Assembly: GCA_963752045.1 (NCBI GenBank)
Contig: CAVVWN010000002.1
Coordinates: forward strand, 31,498 to 95,497
DNA length: 64,000 nucleotides
Reading direction: 5' to 3'
DNA from: an uncultured Acidobacteriota bacterium
GTDB taxonomy: Bacteria > Acidobacteriota > Vicinamibacteria > Vicinamibacterales > SCN-69-37
The position numbers and the translations under genes are program-made. Under the pieces are notes generated by a model that saw only the letters and a program-made list of their open reading frames with translations, did no database searches and was not told where the DNA came from. How positions within the stretch are numbered: the stretch's first letter is position 1; each line of letters starts with the position of its first letter. Below are positions 19,055 through 29,395 of this stretch, one piece after another.

Positions 19055-21818
19055 ATGTCTCAACGTATCTGGGCCCTGGTCATGTCGCTCCTGCTGTTCG
19101 GCATGACTCCGGCTGCAGCACAGACCCGTACGGCCCGCGTCAGCGGGCGCGTGCTCGACGCCATCAACGGCCAGCCTCTTCCCGGCGTGTCGGTCTCGGC
19201 CGGGACGGTCGTCGTCGTGACCGACCTGGAGGGGGTCTACATCATCGACCTTCCCGCCGGCGAGCACGAGATGAAGATCTCGCTCGCGGGCTTCCAGGCA
19301 CGCACCGTGCGGGTCGCGATCACGGCTGCCGATGTGGGCACGGTCCATCCACACCTCGACATCACGCTGCCGCTCGAGGGGTACTCGGAGCAGGTCAACG
19401 TGACGGCCGAATCGGTCGACGCGACCGCGGCCAGCATCGAGTCGCAGCTGCTCGAGCGCAAACGGGCCGTCACGATCAACGACAACGTCGGCGGCGAACA
19501 GATGAAGGCCAACGCCGACTCGACGGCCGCCTCGGCCCTGCAGCGCGTGACCGGCGCCTCGGTCGTCGATGGCGCCTATGTCTACGTCCGCGGCCTGGGC
19601 GAGCGCTACAGCAACACGTCGCTGAACGGCGCCATTCTGCCCTCGACCGAACCCGAGCGGAAGGTCGTGCCCCTGAACCTGTTCCCGTCCAGCCTGCTCG
19701 AGGGTGTCTCCATCATCAAGACGTATTCACCGGACCGGTCAGCGGAGTTTGCCGGCGGCATGGTCGACATCATTCCGTCCCGCCTGCCGGTCGGCCCGCT
19801 CGTGAGCTTCGACTACCAGTGGGGCATGAACAGCCAGACCCGCGGCAAGGACATCTTCGACCACTCGGCCGGCGACCGGGACTGGCTCGGCCTGCCCAAC
19901 GACAGCCGCGGCCTGCCCTCGTCGATTCCCGCGCCGCCCACGCGCCTGATTCGCGGCGGCATCTTCACGCCGGAGCTCGGCGTCGGCCAGGCCGAGCTCG
20001 AGCAGATCGGTGAATCGCTCACGAACGAATGGACGCCGACACCGGCCACCGGCAAGCCGTACCAGGGCTTCTCGGTCAGCTTCGGCAACCGCTGGGACAA
20101 GATCGGCGTCTCGGCGGGTGTCACGCATGGCTACAAGCAGGACTACCAGGAAGAGGCTCAGACCTACTACCGCACGGACGATGCGGGTGGGCTCTCGGAG
20201 TTCTCGACGTACGACTACAACATCGCGGCAGTCAATTCGGGCCTCTCGGTGCTGGCCAACGTGGGCTACGCCCTCGACACGAACAACCGGATCAACTTCC
20301 AGCTGTTCACCTCGAACACCGGCCTGCGCGAGACCCGGACGTTCGAGGGCTTCAACTCGGACGCGGGCCGCAACCTCCAGAACTCGCGCCAGCGCTGGCT
20401 CGAGCAGGGCCTCCAGACCTATCAGTTCAACGGCGACCACTACCTGCCGGGGGCCTCGAACAGCCGCATCGACTGGCGCGGCAGCTTCGGCAAGACGACG
20501 CGGGACGAGCCGGACATGCGCGAGGTGCTCTACGAGGAGATTGCCGGCAATTACCAGCTCGCCGACGAATCACAGAGCGGCCTCCACATGTGGAATGGCC
20601 TCAAGGAAGACTCCTGGGACTTCGGCGTCAACTGGAGCACGCCGTTCACCGGCATCGGCGGGCTTCCGGCGCTCGTGAAGTTCGGTCCGTACGTCAGCAG
20701 CCGCGACCGCGACTTCTCGTCGCGTCGCTTCCGGTTCGTCCCCGTCAACGTGGTGCGCTTCGACCTGACACCGGCGCCCGAGGACCTGTACACGCCCCAG
20801 AACATCGGGTCGGTCTTCGAGCTGCGCGAGGAAACGCGCGCGACGGACTTCTACACCGGCACCCAGGACATCGCCGCCGGCTACGGCATGATCGACATCG
20901 CGTTCTCGGCGGGCTCGCGACTCATCGCCGGCCTCCGTGTGGAGAAGTTCAAGCAGGTCGTTGATACCTACGACGCGTTCGACATCGACCTCGACGGCGA
21001 AGTCGAGCGCATCACCTCGACGCATCGACAAGACCGACTGGTTCCCGTCGATCAACTACGTGCACGCCGTCGGCGCGCAGCAGAACCTGCGCCTGGGCTT
21101 CAGCCAGACGGTCAACCGGCCGGAGTTCCGCGAGGTCGCGCCGTTCGAGTACACGGACATCGTGGGCGGCCGCGCCACGGTCGGCAACCCCGATCTCGAC
21201 CGGTCGCTCATCCAGAACTATGACGCCCGGTGGGAGTGGTTCCCGGGAGCCGCCCAGGTGGTCTCCGCGAGTGTCTTCTACAAGCACTTCGACAAGCCCA
21301 TCGAGCGGTTCGTCGAACCGACGTCGCAGCTCCGCACGTCCTATCAGAACGCCAAGTCGGCCCGGAACGTCGGGTTCGAGCTGGAAGCGCGGCGGGAGAT
21401 TGTCGAACACTTCACGCTCGCCGGCAACTACACCTTCGTCGATTCGAACATCGAGCTCGAGCCCGGGCAGCTCAACGTGCTCACGACGCTCGACCGGCCG
21501 CTGGCAGGCACGTCCCAGAACATCTTCAACGGTTCGCTCGAGCTCGACTACCCGACGTTCTCGGCCCGGCTCCTCATGAACTACTTCGACGACCGCATCG
21601 CCGATGTGGGTTCGCTGGGATTGCCTGACATCTACGAAGACGGCCGCTTCACCCTGGATCTGGTCGGCACCGTCCGGTTTGGCCGCCACGTCAGCCTGCG
21701 CGTCGCCGGCGAGAACCTCACCGACGAGCAGGTACGGTACAGCCAGGGCGGCCTCGACCAGCGCCTCTACACGGCGGGCCGGGTCTTCACGATCAAGTTC
21801 GGGTATTCGGGCTTCTAG
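19055..21818 (+). CDS. TonB-dependent receptor with carboxypeptidase-regulatory-like N-domain; frameshift near 21023
   Basis: GGAGG RBS; signal peptide; YVRGLGERY plug; AEFAGG; second frame continues FPSINY..SQTVNRPEFRE..GNPDL, ends in Phe. Confidence 0.9.
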
Positions 21819-21849
21819 GCCCTCCATTCAGGAACGGAGACAAGCACTC

Positions 21850-23215
21850 ATGCGCATCTTCATGAAAGGTATCCTGGCTCTCGCGGTCGTCCTCGGGATG
21901 ACGGCCGCGTGGCCGCAGCCGGTCGAAACGCAGTCGAACGGCAGAATCCTCCGGTGCGGGCCCGTGGCGGGCATCGCCAAGCCGGTGTGCGTCGTGACGG
22001 GCCGATTCACGTCGAACCTCACCTTCACGGCCGATTCCATCTGGGTGCTGCGCGGCGCCGTGTTCTTCGGCGCGCCGGCCGCGCTCACCATCGAGCCCGG
22101 CACGCTCATCGCCGGCGAGACGGCCACGCGCGGCACGCTCGTCATCGAACGGGGCGCCAGAATCTTCGCCAACGGCACCGCAGACAGCGCCCATCGTCAT
22201 GACCTCGGATCAGCCGGTCGGCTTCCGCGGCCGCGGTGACTGGGGCGGGCTCATCCTCAACGGCAACGCTCCTGTGAACCTGCCGGGCGGCGTCGGCATC
22301 GGTGAGGGCTCCACCGGCATCTACGGCGGCAGCGACCCGGACGACAGTTCCGGGGTGCTCCGCTACGTGCGCGTGGAGTTTGCCGGCATCGAGTTCAGTC
22401 CCGACAACGAGCTGAACGGCATCGCCTTCCAGGGCGTCGGCCGCGGCACCATCGTCGAGCACGTCCAGGTGCACTTCAACAAGGATGACGGCGTGGAGTT
22501 CTTCGGGGGCACGGTCGACGCCAAGTGGCTCGTGCTGACGGGCATCGGCGACGACTCGATCGACTGGACGTTCGGATGGCAGGGACGCATTCAGTTCGCC
22601 GTGGTCCAGCAGCGCGGCGATGACACCGACAACGGCATCGAAGCCGACAACAACGGCAACAACAACGACCTGCTGCCCCGCTCGGCGCCGACGCTCTACA
22701 ACATCACGCTCATCGGCGACCCGAGCTTCACCAACTTCGGCCCGGAGAGCACCGACGGGATGCGCCTGCGTGAGGGCACCGCCGGCATCATCCGCAACGC
22801 CGTGGTCATGGGCTTCAAGAGCGAGGCCATCGACGTGCGCAACACCTCGACCCAGAACCAGATCACGCTGGGCACGCTGCAGGTGACCCACAGCATCGCC
22901 TACGACAACCGGTGCGCCACGACGGGGTGCGGGGGATCCGGATCGAGTCAGGCGCGCAATACGGCCGGGGCTCCCCTGTGGGATCCGGCCGGCAACCTCA
23001 ACAGCACCGCCAACCCGGTGCTGGCCGATCCGTACAACCCGCTCCTGCCGAACTGGCAGCCGCTGCCGGGCTCGCCGGCGCTCACCCTGCCGGCGGCCGC
23101 GGTCCCAGCGACGCCTCCGGACGTCGAGCCGTTCTGGACGCCGGTCACCTACCGCGGCGCGTTCGACGGCGTGACCAACTGGATGCTCGGCTGGACCAAC
23201 TTCGCGCAGAAATAG
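21850..23215 (+). CDS. Secreted beta-helix-type partner of the TonB receptor; frameshift near 22188
   Basis: Signal peptide; LTIEPGT..LVIERGARIFANGT then PIVMTSD..GDWGGLILNGNAP, SGVLRYVRVEFAG, DDGVEFFGGTV, DDSIDWTFGWQG, NWMLGWTNF. Confidence 0.8.
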
Positions 23216-23229
23216 CCCACATGCACGAC

Positions 23230-23260
23230 CCGGGAGGCCGCTGGCCATGCGGCCTCCCGG
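23230..23260 (+). terminator. Stem-loop after receptor operon
   Basis: CCGGGAGGCCGC-N7-GCGGCCTCCCGG, 12-bp perfect stem, weak U tail. Confidence 0.55.
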
Positions 23261-23299
23261 CCCTCCGGCTCGTTGCCGGGATAAGCTGACACCTCGTCG

Positions 23300-23818
23300 A
23301 TGCCTGCGTTGATCACCCGCCTGACTGCTTGGTGCCTGGCTGCCGCGGTCGCCCTGCTCCTCGGCGCGTGCTCGGCCGATGCGCCTCCGGAGTTCCAGCC
23401 GGTTTTCGAGACCAAGGAAGCAGCGGTGACGGCGCTCCTCGACGCCCTCTGGCAACGTGACGTGGACCGCATGCGGAACCTCGCCGTTTCGGAGACAGAG
23501 TTCAGGAAGCACGTCTGGCCGAGGCTCCCGGCTGCCGCTGGCGCGGCAGAAAGCTCGATGAGCTACTGGTGGGAGGACCTGCGGGCAAGAAGTCTCGGGT
23601 CGATGGCCCAGGTGCTCGAAGAACACGGGGGCACGCGGCTGTCACTCGAAGCGGTGAGCTTCGAGGGCGGTGTCACCGATTACGGTACGTTCCGCGTGCA
23701 TCGCGAGGCTCGCGTCTCGGCTCGAGACACGGCCGGCAACCTGCGAGAACTCCGGTTGTTCGGGTCGCTCGTCGAAGCGCCGAGCGGCTGGAAGATCTAC
23801 AGCTACGTCATCGACTGA
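23300..23818 (+). CDS. Hypothetical lipoprotein
   Basis: Lipobox LLGAC; C-terminal LFGSLVE..GWKIYSYVID (NTF2-like ending). Confidence 0.7.
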   Translation: MPALITRLTAWCLAAAVALLLGACSADAPPEFQPVFETKEAAVTALLDALWQRDVDRMRNLAVSETEFRKHVWPRLPAAAGAAESSMSYWWEDLRARSLGSMAQVLEEHGGTRLSLEAVSFEGGVTDYGTFRVHREARVSARDTAGNLRELRLFGSLVEAPSGWKIYSYVID

Positions 23819-23851
23819 GCCGGCGCCGAGGTCGACCTCGCGCGACCCGCG

Positions 23852-24715
23852 TCAGGGCTGGCCGCGAAGGCGCTGCGCCACGCTTCGCGCGCGCTCGCGG
23901 GCGCTCAGCAGCTCGGCCTCGGCGGAGTCCGGCCCGCTGGCTGAGGCGGGCGTCGGTCCGTCGCCGCCAGACTCCTCGGACGGGAAGTCTCCGGCAGATG
24001 GAGCCGCGCCCCGCTGTGGCGCGCCCGCCGCGGAGGCCGGTGTCGGTTCACCCGGAGCCGCCGGCCCAGGCGGCGCCTCCCCCGGCGCGCCATCCCCGGT
24101 TTCGAGCTTCCGCTGCGCACCCGCCTCGTCGCCTGAACCGGCAGCCTCCCGCTCTCTCGACTCCACGAGCGAGGACGCCGCGAGCAGTCGATCCGCGGGC
24201 AACTCGAGCTCGCGGTCGGCCATCTTGTCGATGCCGCTCACGGTAATCGCCAACTGGCCGCTGTCGAGCGTCTCGAGCCACCCGCGCTGACGCAGATACC
24301 ACAGGGGAAATTCCAGATGCTGCCGCGGCACGCCCAGGAGTTTCTCGAGACTCACGGCTCCGAGACCGCCGTGCAACGGATCGCGGCGTCGCGCCACGTA
24401 AAGCAGCGACAGAATCCCGTGGAACAGACGGCGGTCCGACTCGCGCCCGTCGGCAGCCGAATTCTGATCGAAGATCTTCCACTGGACGCTGCGGTTGTCG
24501 TCGTACTTGACGTCGTAGGCAGCGCGGCGCTTGGGATCGTTCAGCACCTCGTAGGCCTCGTGGACCTCGGAAAAGCGCGACGAGTCCCCGGTGGTTTGAT
24601 TGTCCGGGTGGTAGCGTTTCGCGAGCAGGCGGTACACGCGCTCGAGCGTCTCGGAGTCCGCTGACTGGCTGATCTGCAGAACTTCGTAGTAGTCGACAAA
24701 CGGCCGCTCGGTCAC
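23852..24715 (-). CDS. J-domain (DnaJ N-terminal) protein with C-terminal winged-helix-like region
   Basis: DYYEVLQI..YRLLAKRYHPD..EAYEVLNDPKRRAAYD; LWYLRQRGWL..ITVSGID. Confidence 0.85.
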   Translation of the reverse strand: MTERPFVDYYEVLQISQSADSETLERVYRLLAKRYHPDNQTTGDSSRFSEVHEAYEVLNDPKRRAAYDVKYDDNRSVQWKIFDQNSAADGRESDRRLFHGILSLLYVARRRDPLHGGLGAVSLEKLLGVPRQHLEFPLWYLRQRGWLETLDSGQLAITVSGIDKMADRELELPADRLLAASSLVESREREAAGSGDEAGAQRKLETGDGAPGEAPPGPAAPGEPTPASAAGAPQRGAAPSAGDFPSEESGGDGPTPASASGPDSAEAELLSARERARSVAQRLRGQP

Positions 24716-24845
24716 GTCATGCACCTTTCGAGCCCGACACAGACAACTCGTGGAGCTCTTCCTGAGTGAGGGTGACCCCACTATAGGCACCCCCTGAGAG
24801 CGCCGCAAGTCCTGGACGATGCCGGCCGCTCGAAGCCGCCCGGGT

Positions 24846-25304
24846 TCAGCGACCGCGCCCGCCGCCCGGCCCACTGGCCGGCCGGGGCTCTCGTGTAGCT
24901 GTTTCGGCCGCAAGCTCGAAGCACACCAGTCCCCTGTCGTGGACCCAGAACCGCTCGGCCAGCTCGACCGGTTCTCCGGCGCTGGCGGTGGCGAACGTCG
25001 CGCACAGCTCGTACCTCGGCGGTTCCAGCACCCGGTAGGGATACGGCTCACCCGTCTCCGGATCGGCCGCCGTGAGCTCCAGGCCCAGCTCGGACTGAAG
25101 GTCATCGAGTGAGGCGGGCAAGCGTTCGTGGCGCGACCAGAGCACGTCGATCTGACGGGCGATCTGGGCCAGGTCGCCGACGCGCCTGGCATCGAGACGC
25201 CGCGCGCGTGCCTCTCCGGGCGACCCCATCATCACGACACCGGCGGCAACGGCCGCTCCGACGACCAGCGCCACCACGAGCCCGACCACGCCCCGGCCGG
25301 TCAT
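24846..25304 (-). CDS. Hypothetical membrane-anchored protein, partner of DUF5671 protein
   Basis: N-terminal TM helix; GSPGEARARRLDARRVGDL; DPETGEPYPY; YELCATF..CF; ATGA overlap with upstream gene. Confidence 0.7.
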   Translation of the reverse strand: MTGRGVVGLVVALVVGAAVAAGVVMMGSPGEARARRLDARRVGDLAQIARQIDVLWSRHERLPASLDDLQSELGLELTAADPETGEPYPYRVLEPPRYELCATFATASAGEPVELAERFWVHDRGLVCFELAAETATREPRPASGPGGGRGR

Positions 25305-25951
25305 GGGCGACCTCCCGCCTCGTCAAGCGCGAGCTCGGTCCGGTAATACGCGAAGACGGCGCCGGCAACCACGCCGACAACCAGCACCTTCAACACGAAC
25401 CGCATCGTCAACTCGCCTCCCAGAAGGTTGTAGACGAGCGCCATCACATCTCCGGCAAGAACAGAGGCCGCGACGAACAAGGTCAGGTACGTCAACCAGC
25501 GGCGCACTTTCGAGGCCCGCTTCGCCGGGTCACGGCGCCCCTCACGCCCGACGAGCGCCGACACCCACAAAAGGACGGGCGTGGACACGACGAGCGCCGA
25601 GATGGGCCACCGGAGCGCCTCGGCCAGGTACTCAGGAGGCACCTGCCGGTCGAGGGCCGGGTCCGGCAGCAGGCGGTCGATGAGTACGAACATCAGGCCG
25701 CCGAAGTTGATGGCCACCGTGTAGAGCGCAGAGAAGATCACGAGATGAAGGAAGGCGTCCCGCGCAGACAGATACGGCTTCGGCCTTGGCACCGGAATGG
25801 GGAACGGCACGTCGGCGAAGCCTCCGAGCGCCTCGCTGACCTCGGCCGCCGGCCAGCCGGCGGTTCGGAGGGCCGCCTCGATCTCCTGCCGCGAGATGCC
25901 ACGCGCCAGTCCGTCCTTCACAAACGCCGTGAGTTCGTCCTGAGCTGCCAT
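25301..25951 (-). CDS. DUF5671-like membrane protein
   Basis: GISRQEIEAALRTAGW..PVPRP..SARDAFLHL; SKVRRWLTYLTLF; NLLGGELTMRFVLK; GGAGG RBS. Confidence 0.7.
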   Translation of the reverse strand: MAAQDELTAFVKDGLARGISRQEIEAALRTAGWPAAEVSEALGGFADVPFPIPVPRPKPYLSARDAFLHLVIFSALYTVAINFGGLMFVLIDRLLPDPALDRQVPPEYLAEALRWPISALVVSTPVLLWVSALVGREGRRDPAKRASKVRRWLTYLTLFVAASVLAGDVMALVYNLLGGELTMRFVLKVLVVGVVAGAVFAYYRTELALDEAGGRP

Positions 25952-25965
25952 GGCAACCTCCTCCC

Positions 25966-26952
25966 CTACCGGCCCGGCGGCTTCACGACGACCGGATAGG
26001 CCTTCTCGCCTGCGAGGATCTTCACCGGCAGCCGGTTCTCGCGAAGCGGAATCGGACATGTCGTGTAGACATTGAACGCGCAGGGCGGATTGTACGCCTC
26101 GTTGAAGTCGAGCACGGTCGTCCCATCCGGAAGAAGATCCGCATACAGGAAGCGCGCCGTTTCGTACGTCTCGACGCCGCTCGACGCGTCCCGGAACACG
26201 AAGTAGAAGCGATTGGGCCGCGTGGTAAACGGGCGAAGCCGAAGCGGCTCGCCGCCCAGCTCGAACTCCACGACGCCTTCGGTGCTGTATGTGTCGATGT
26301 CGCCGTAGGTATTGAGGACCTCCAGGTCGCGCGGCTGCGCATCGGGAACGAACCGCGCCGTCACACGATAGGCCTCGTCAATCGGAAACCACGAGAACCC
26401 GAGAAACGCGCGCGCCTGAGGGCTCTGCGGGTCCCGCACGCGCAGCGACAAGTTGCCGCCGCCGGTGTGGATCACGAGACGCACGCTGCCGATCGCGACT
26501 TCGGTCGGCGATGTCAGGCCCGGCTCGTGCAGCACGATGGGCCCGGTGAGCGGCTCGTCGGGTGTCGCTCCCGGTTGCGGCAGGACCTTGGAGCCCTTGC
26601 GGACCGCGGCCACGTGCGGCTCGGCCTCGAACCGCACGACGTCGCCTTCCACCGTGACCACGCCGGCCCGCGGCGGCAGGTGCGGTATGACGATGTCGCT
26701 TTCCGGACCGCTGCCGATGACGTGAACCCCGGGCGCGAGCGAATGCAGGGCCGAGATGCTCACCCACTCGTAGCGGTAGTCTCGCTCGTGCTTCTCGCGC
26801 CATGCCTGAACTTCGGCAACCGGATCGGCCGGCGCGGCGGTTGAATCGGGAACGTCTCCCGATGGCGGGCCGGTCCGGTCGACGCGCTCGCCGCACGATG
26901 CCAGCGCAACCGCGAGCACCAGAACACCCGGCCAGGACTTGTGCGCAACCAT
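25966..26952 (-). CDS. DUF1684 family lipoprotein
   Basis: LASC lipobox; LRVRDP..F; FRDASSGVETY..RFL; LDFNEAYNPPCAF..TCPIP..N.L...ILAGEK. Confidence 0.85.
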   Translation of the reverse strand: MVAHKSWPGVLVLAVALASCGERVDRTGPPSGDVPDSTAAPADPVAEVQAWREKHERDYRYEWVSISALHSLAPGVHVIGSGPESDIVIPHLPPRAGVVTVEGDVVRFEAEPHVAAVRKGSKVLPQPGATPDEPLTGPIVLHEPGLTSPTEVAIGSVRLVIHTGGGNLSLRVRDPQSPQARAFLGFSWFPIDEAYRVTARFVPDAQPRDLEVLNTYGDIDTYSTEGVVEFELGGEPLRLRPFTTRPNRFYFVFRDASSGVETYETARFLYADLLPDGTTVLDFNEAYNPPCAFNVYTTCPIPLRENRLPVKILAGEKAYPVVVKPPGR

Positions 26953-27011
26953 GCCCAAGTGCGTACCATATCGCAGGCCGGCCCTTCAGTCCCGGCCCGG
27001 AAGGAGCGACG

Positions 27012-28673
27012 ATGAGCGACGGGCCCGCAAGACCTGGATTCGGACGTCGGGAGTTTCTCAAGACCGCCGGCGCAGGGGGCCTGGCGCTCACGGCCGTCGG
27101 AGGCGCCTCCTGCGCGCCACGACCCGAGAGCGTTCCGGCCGCCGACCTCCATCGCTGGAACGTCCCCGACTTCGAGCTTGCCGAGATCACGGCCGACGAC
27201 CTCCAGGCCGGCCTCGCCTCCGGGCGCTGGTCGTCGGTCGAGGTGACGCAGGCGTATCTCGATCGCATCGAGGCGATCGACCGAAACGGTCCGACGCTGC
27301 GCTCCGTGATCGAGACGAATCCCGACGCGCTCGACATCGCACGCACGCTGGATGCCGAGCGCGCATCCGGCCAGGTGCGCGGGCCGCTCCACGGCGTGCC
27401 GATCCTCATCAAAGACAACATCGGGTCGGCCGATCGCATGACCACCACGGCCGGCTCGCTCGCGCTCGAGGGGTCGACTCCCCCGCGCGACGCCTTCATC
27501 GTGGCGAAGCTCCGGGAGGCCGGCGCCATCATCCTCGGCAAGACGAACCTGAGCGAGTGGGCCAACTTCCGCTCAACGCGGAGTTCGAGCGGATGGAGCG
27601 GGCGCGGCGGACAGTGCGCCAACCCGTACGCCATTCACCGCAACCCGTGCGGGTCGAGCTCGGGTTCGGGTGCGGCGGTCGCGGCCAACCTGACGGCGCT
27701 CGCCATCGGCACCGAAACGGACGGGTCGATCGTCTGCCCGTCTTCGGCCTGTGGCATCGTCGGCCTCAAGCCGACGGTCGGCCTCTGGAGCCGCTCGGTC
27801 ATCATCCCGATTTCGCACACGCAGGACACGGCCGGCCCAATGACGCGCACGGTGCGCGATGCGGCGCTCCTGCTTGGCGCGCTCACCGGCGTCGACGGAT
27901 CCGATCCGGCCACTGCGGCCAGCGCCGGCCGAAGCCACGCCGACTACACGACGTTTCTCGACCCGGCTGGCCTCGTCGGCGCGCGCATCGGCATCGTGCG
28001 CGCGCGCTTCGGCTTCGACGACCGCGTGGACCGCGTGCTCGGGGAGGCCATCGCGGCCATGCGTGAGGCGGGTGCCGTCATCGTCGACGAGGTGGACATC
28101 CCCAATCAGGAGGGACTAGGGCAGCTCGAGGGCGACGTCCTGAGCTTCGAATTCAAGGCGGGCCTCAACGCGTACCTCGAAGCCCTGGGCCCGGGCGTCG
28201 CCATCCGGTCGCTCGAAGAGGCGATTCGCTTCAATGAGGAGCATCGGGATCGCGAGATGCCGTACTTCGGGCAGGAGGAGTTCCTCGCGGCCCAGGCGCG
28301 CGGGCCGCTCTCCGAGAAGGCCTATCTCGACGCGGTGGACCGGACCCGCAGGCTATCGGGTCCCGAGGGCATCGACGCGGCGATGGATGCGCACACGCTC
28401 GACGCGCTCGTGGCGCCGACCGGCGGACCCGCCTGGGTCACCGACTGGGTCAACGGCGACCACTTCGGCGGCGGAAGCTCCGGCACGGCCGCGCGGGCCG
28501 GCTATCCGAACATCACCGTCCCGGCCGGGTTCGTGATGGGCCTGCCGATAGGCCTGTCGTTCTTCGGCCGCGCGTGGAGCGAACCGGTCCTGCTCAAGAT
28601 CGCGTTCGCCTTCGAGCAGGCGACCAGAGCCAGGCGTCCGCCGACGTTCCGCACCGACGACGTGATGGTGTGA
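27012..28673 (+). CDS. Amidase (amidase-signature family) with Tat signal peptide
   Basis: GRREFLK Tat motif; GPLHGVPILIKDNI; GSSSGSG; GTETDGSIVCP; AAGGAG RBS. Confidence 0.93.
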   Translation: MSDGPARPGFGRREFLKTAGAGGLALTAVGGASCAPRPESVPAADLHRWNVPDFELAEITADDLQAGLASGRWSSVEVTQAYLDRIEAIDRNGPTLRSVIETNPDALDIARTLDAERASGQVRGPLHGVPILIKDNIGSADRMTTTAGSLALEGSTPPRDAFIVAKLREAGAIILGKTNLSEWANFRSTRSSSGWSGRGGQCANPYAIHRNPCGSSSGSGAAVAANLTALAIGTETDGSIVCPSSACGIVGLKPTVGLWSRSVIIPISHTQDTAGPMTRTVRDAALLLGALTGVDGSDPATAASAGRSHADYTTFLDPAGLVGARIGIVRARFGFDDRVDRVLGEAIAAMREAGAVIVDEVDIPNQEGLGQLEGDVLSFEFKAGLNAYLEALGPGVAIRSLEEAIRFNEEHRDREMPYFGQEEFLAAQARGPLSEKAYLDAVDRTRRLSGPEGIDAAMDAHTLDALVAPTGGPAWVTDWVNGDHFGGGSSGTAARAGYPNITVPAGFVMGLPIGLSFFGRAWSEPVLLKIAFAFEQATRARRPPTFRTDDVMV

Positions 28674-28680
28674 ACGAGGG

Positions 28681-29328
28681 TTAGCGCAGACCGCCCTCAC
28701 CGGCTTTCATGAGGCCCATGTGCTGCTGGGCCTGCGCGAGCCCGCCTTCGGGCGCCTGCCAGCCGATACGGCCGTCGCCGTTGGCATCAGCGCCGGCCGT
28801 GAGCTGCTGGGCGAGCTCGTGCAGCTTGACCACGAGCGGCGCCGCGTCGGCGGCCGTCGAGGCCGCGCGAATCTGGGAGACGAGCGCGGTGATGGCGTCG
28901 CATCGGGCCACGACGCTTTCGGCGGCCCCGGCCACGTGCGTGGCGTGCAGCTTCACGTTGTCGCTCGCACCCTCGGACTTGGCCGCCAGCCCAATGTGCG
29001 TCGCGACGCCGGCCGCCGCCTTCTTCACGCCGTACCCCTTGCCGGGCCCCTGGGCTTCCGCCGTCGGGTCGACGGCATGCAGCACGTGCCCGGCGTGACG
29101 CTTCATCGAGTCGAGGTTGTCCGAGGTCTTGGCGGCGAGCCCCGCGTGCTGCTCGGCGATCGCCGCTTCGGCCGAGGCCGTCGGCAGCAGCCCCGCGCCA
29201 TCGGGTGTTCCGTTCATCCCGTCGAGCACGTGCCCCATATGGGTGTGCGCTGGGTTCGACTGCTCTTTCGCCAGGCCGACAACCACAACGGCGAGAGACA
29301 ACAATCCACAGAGCAGGGCTTTCCTCAC
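28681..29328 (-). CDS. Secreted His-rich helical hypothetical protein
   Basis: Signal peptide; repeated HxxHV and HxGLAAK motifs; DANGDGRI; AGGAAGG RBS. Confidence 0.7.
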   Translation of the reverse strand: MRKALLCGLLSLAVVVVGLAKEQSNPAHTHMGHVLDGMNGTPDGAGLLPTASAEAAIAEQHAGLAAKTSDNLDSMKRHAGHVLHAVDPTAEAQGPGKGYGVKKAAAGVATHIGLAAKSEGASDNVKLHATHVAGAAESVVARCDAITALVSQIRAASTAADAAPLVVKLHELAQQLTAGADANGDGRIGWQAPEGGLAQAQQHMGLMKAGEGGLR

Positions 29329-29395
29329 GACGCACCTTCCTTTCGGCTGAGCGATGAACCTCGAGGATATCGCCGGCGCCCGCCTCGAGCAAGGC

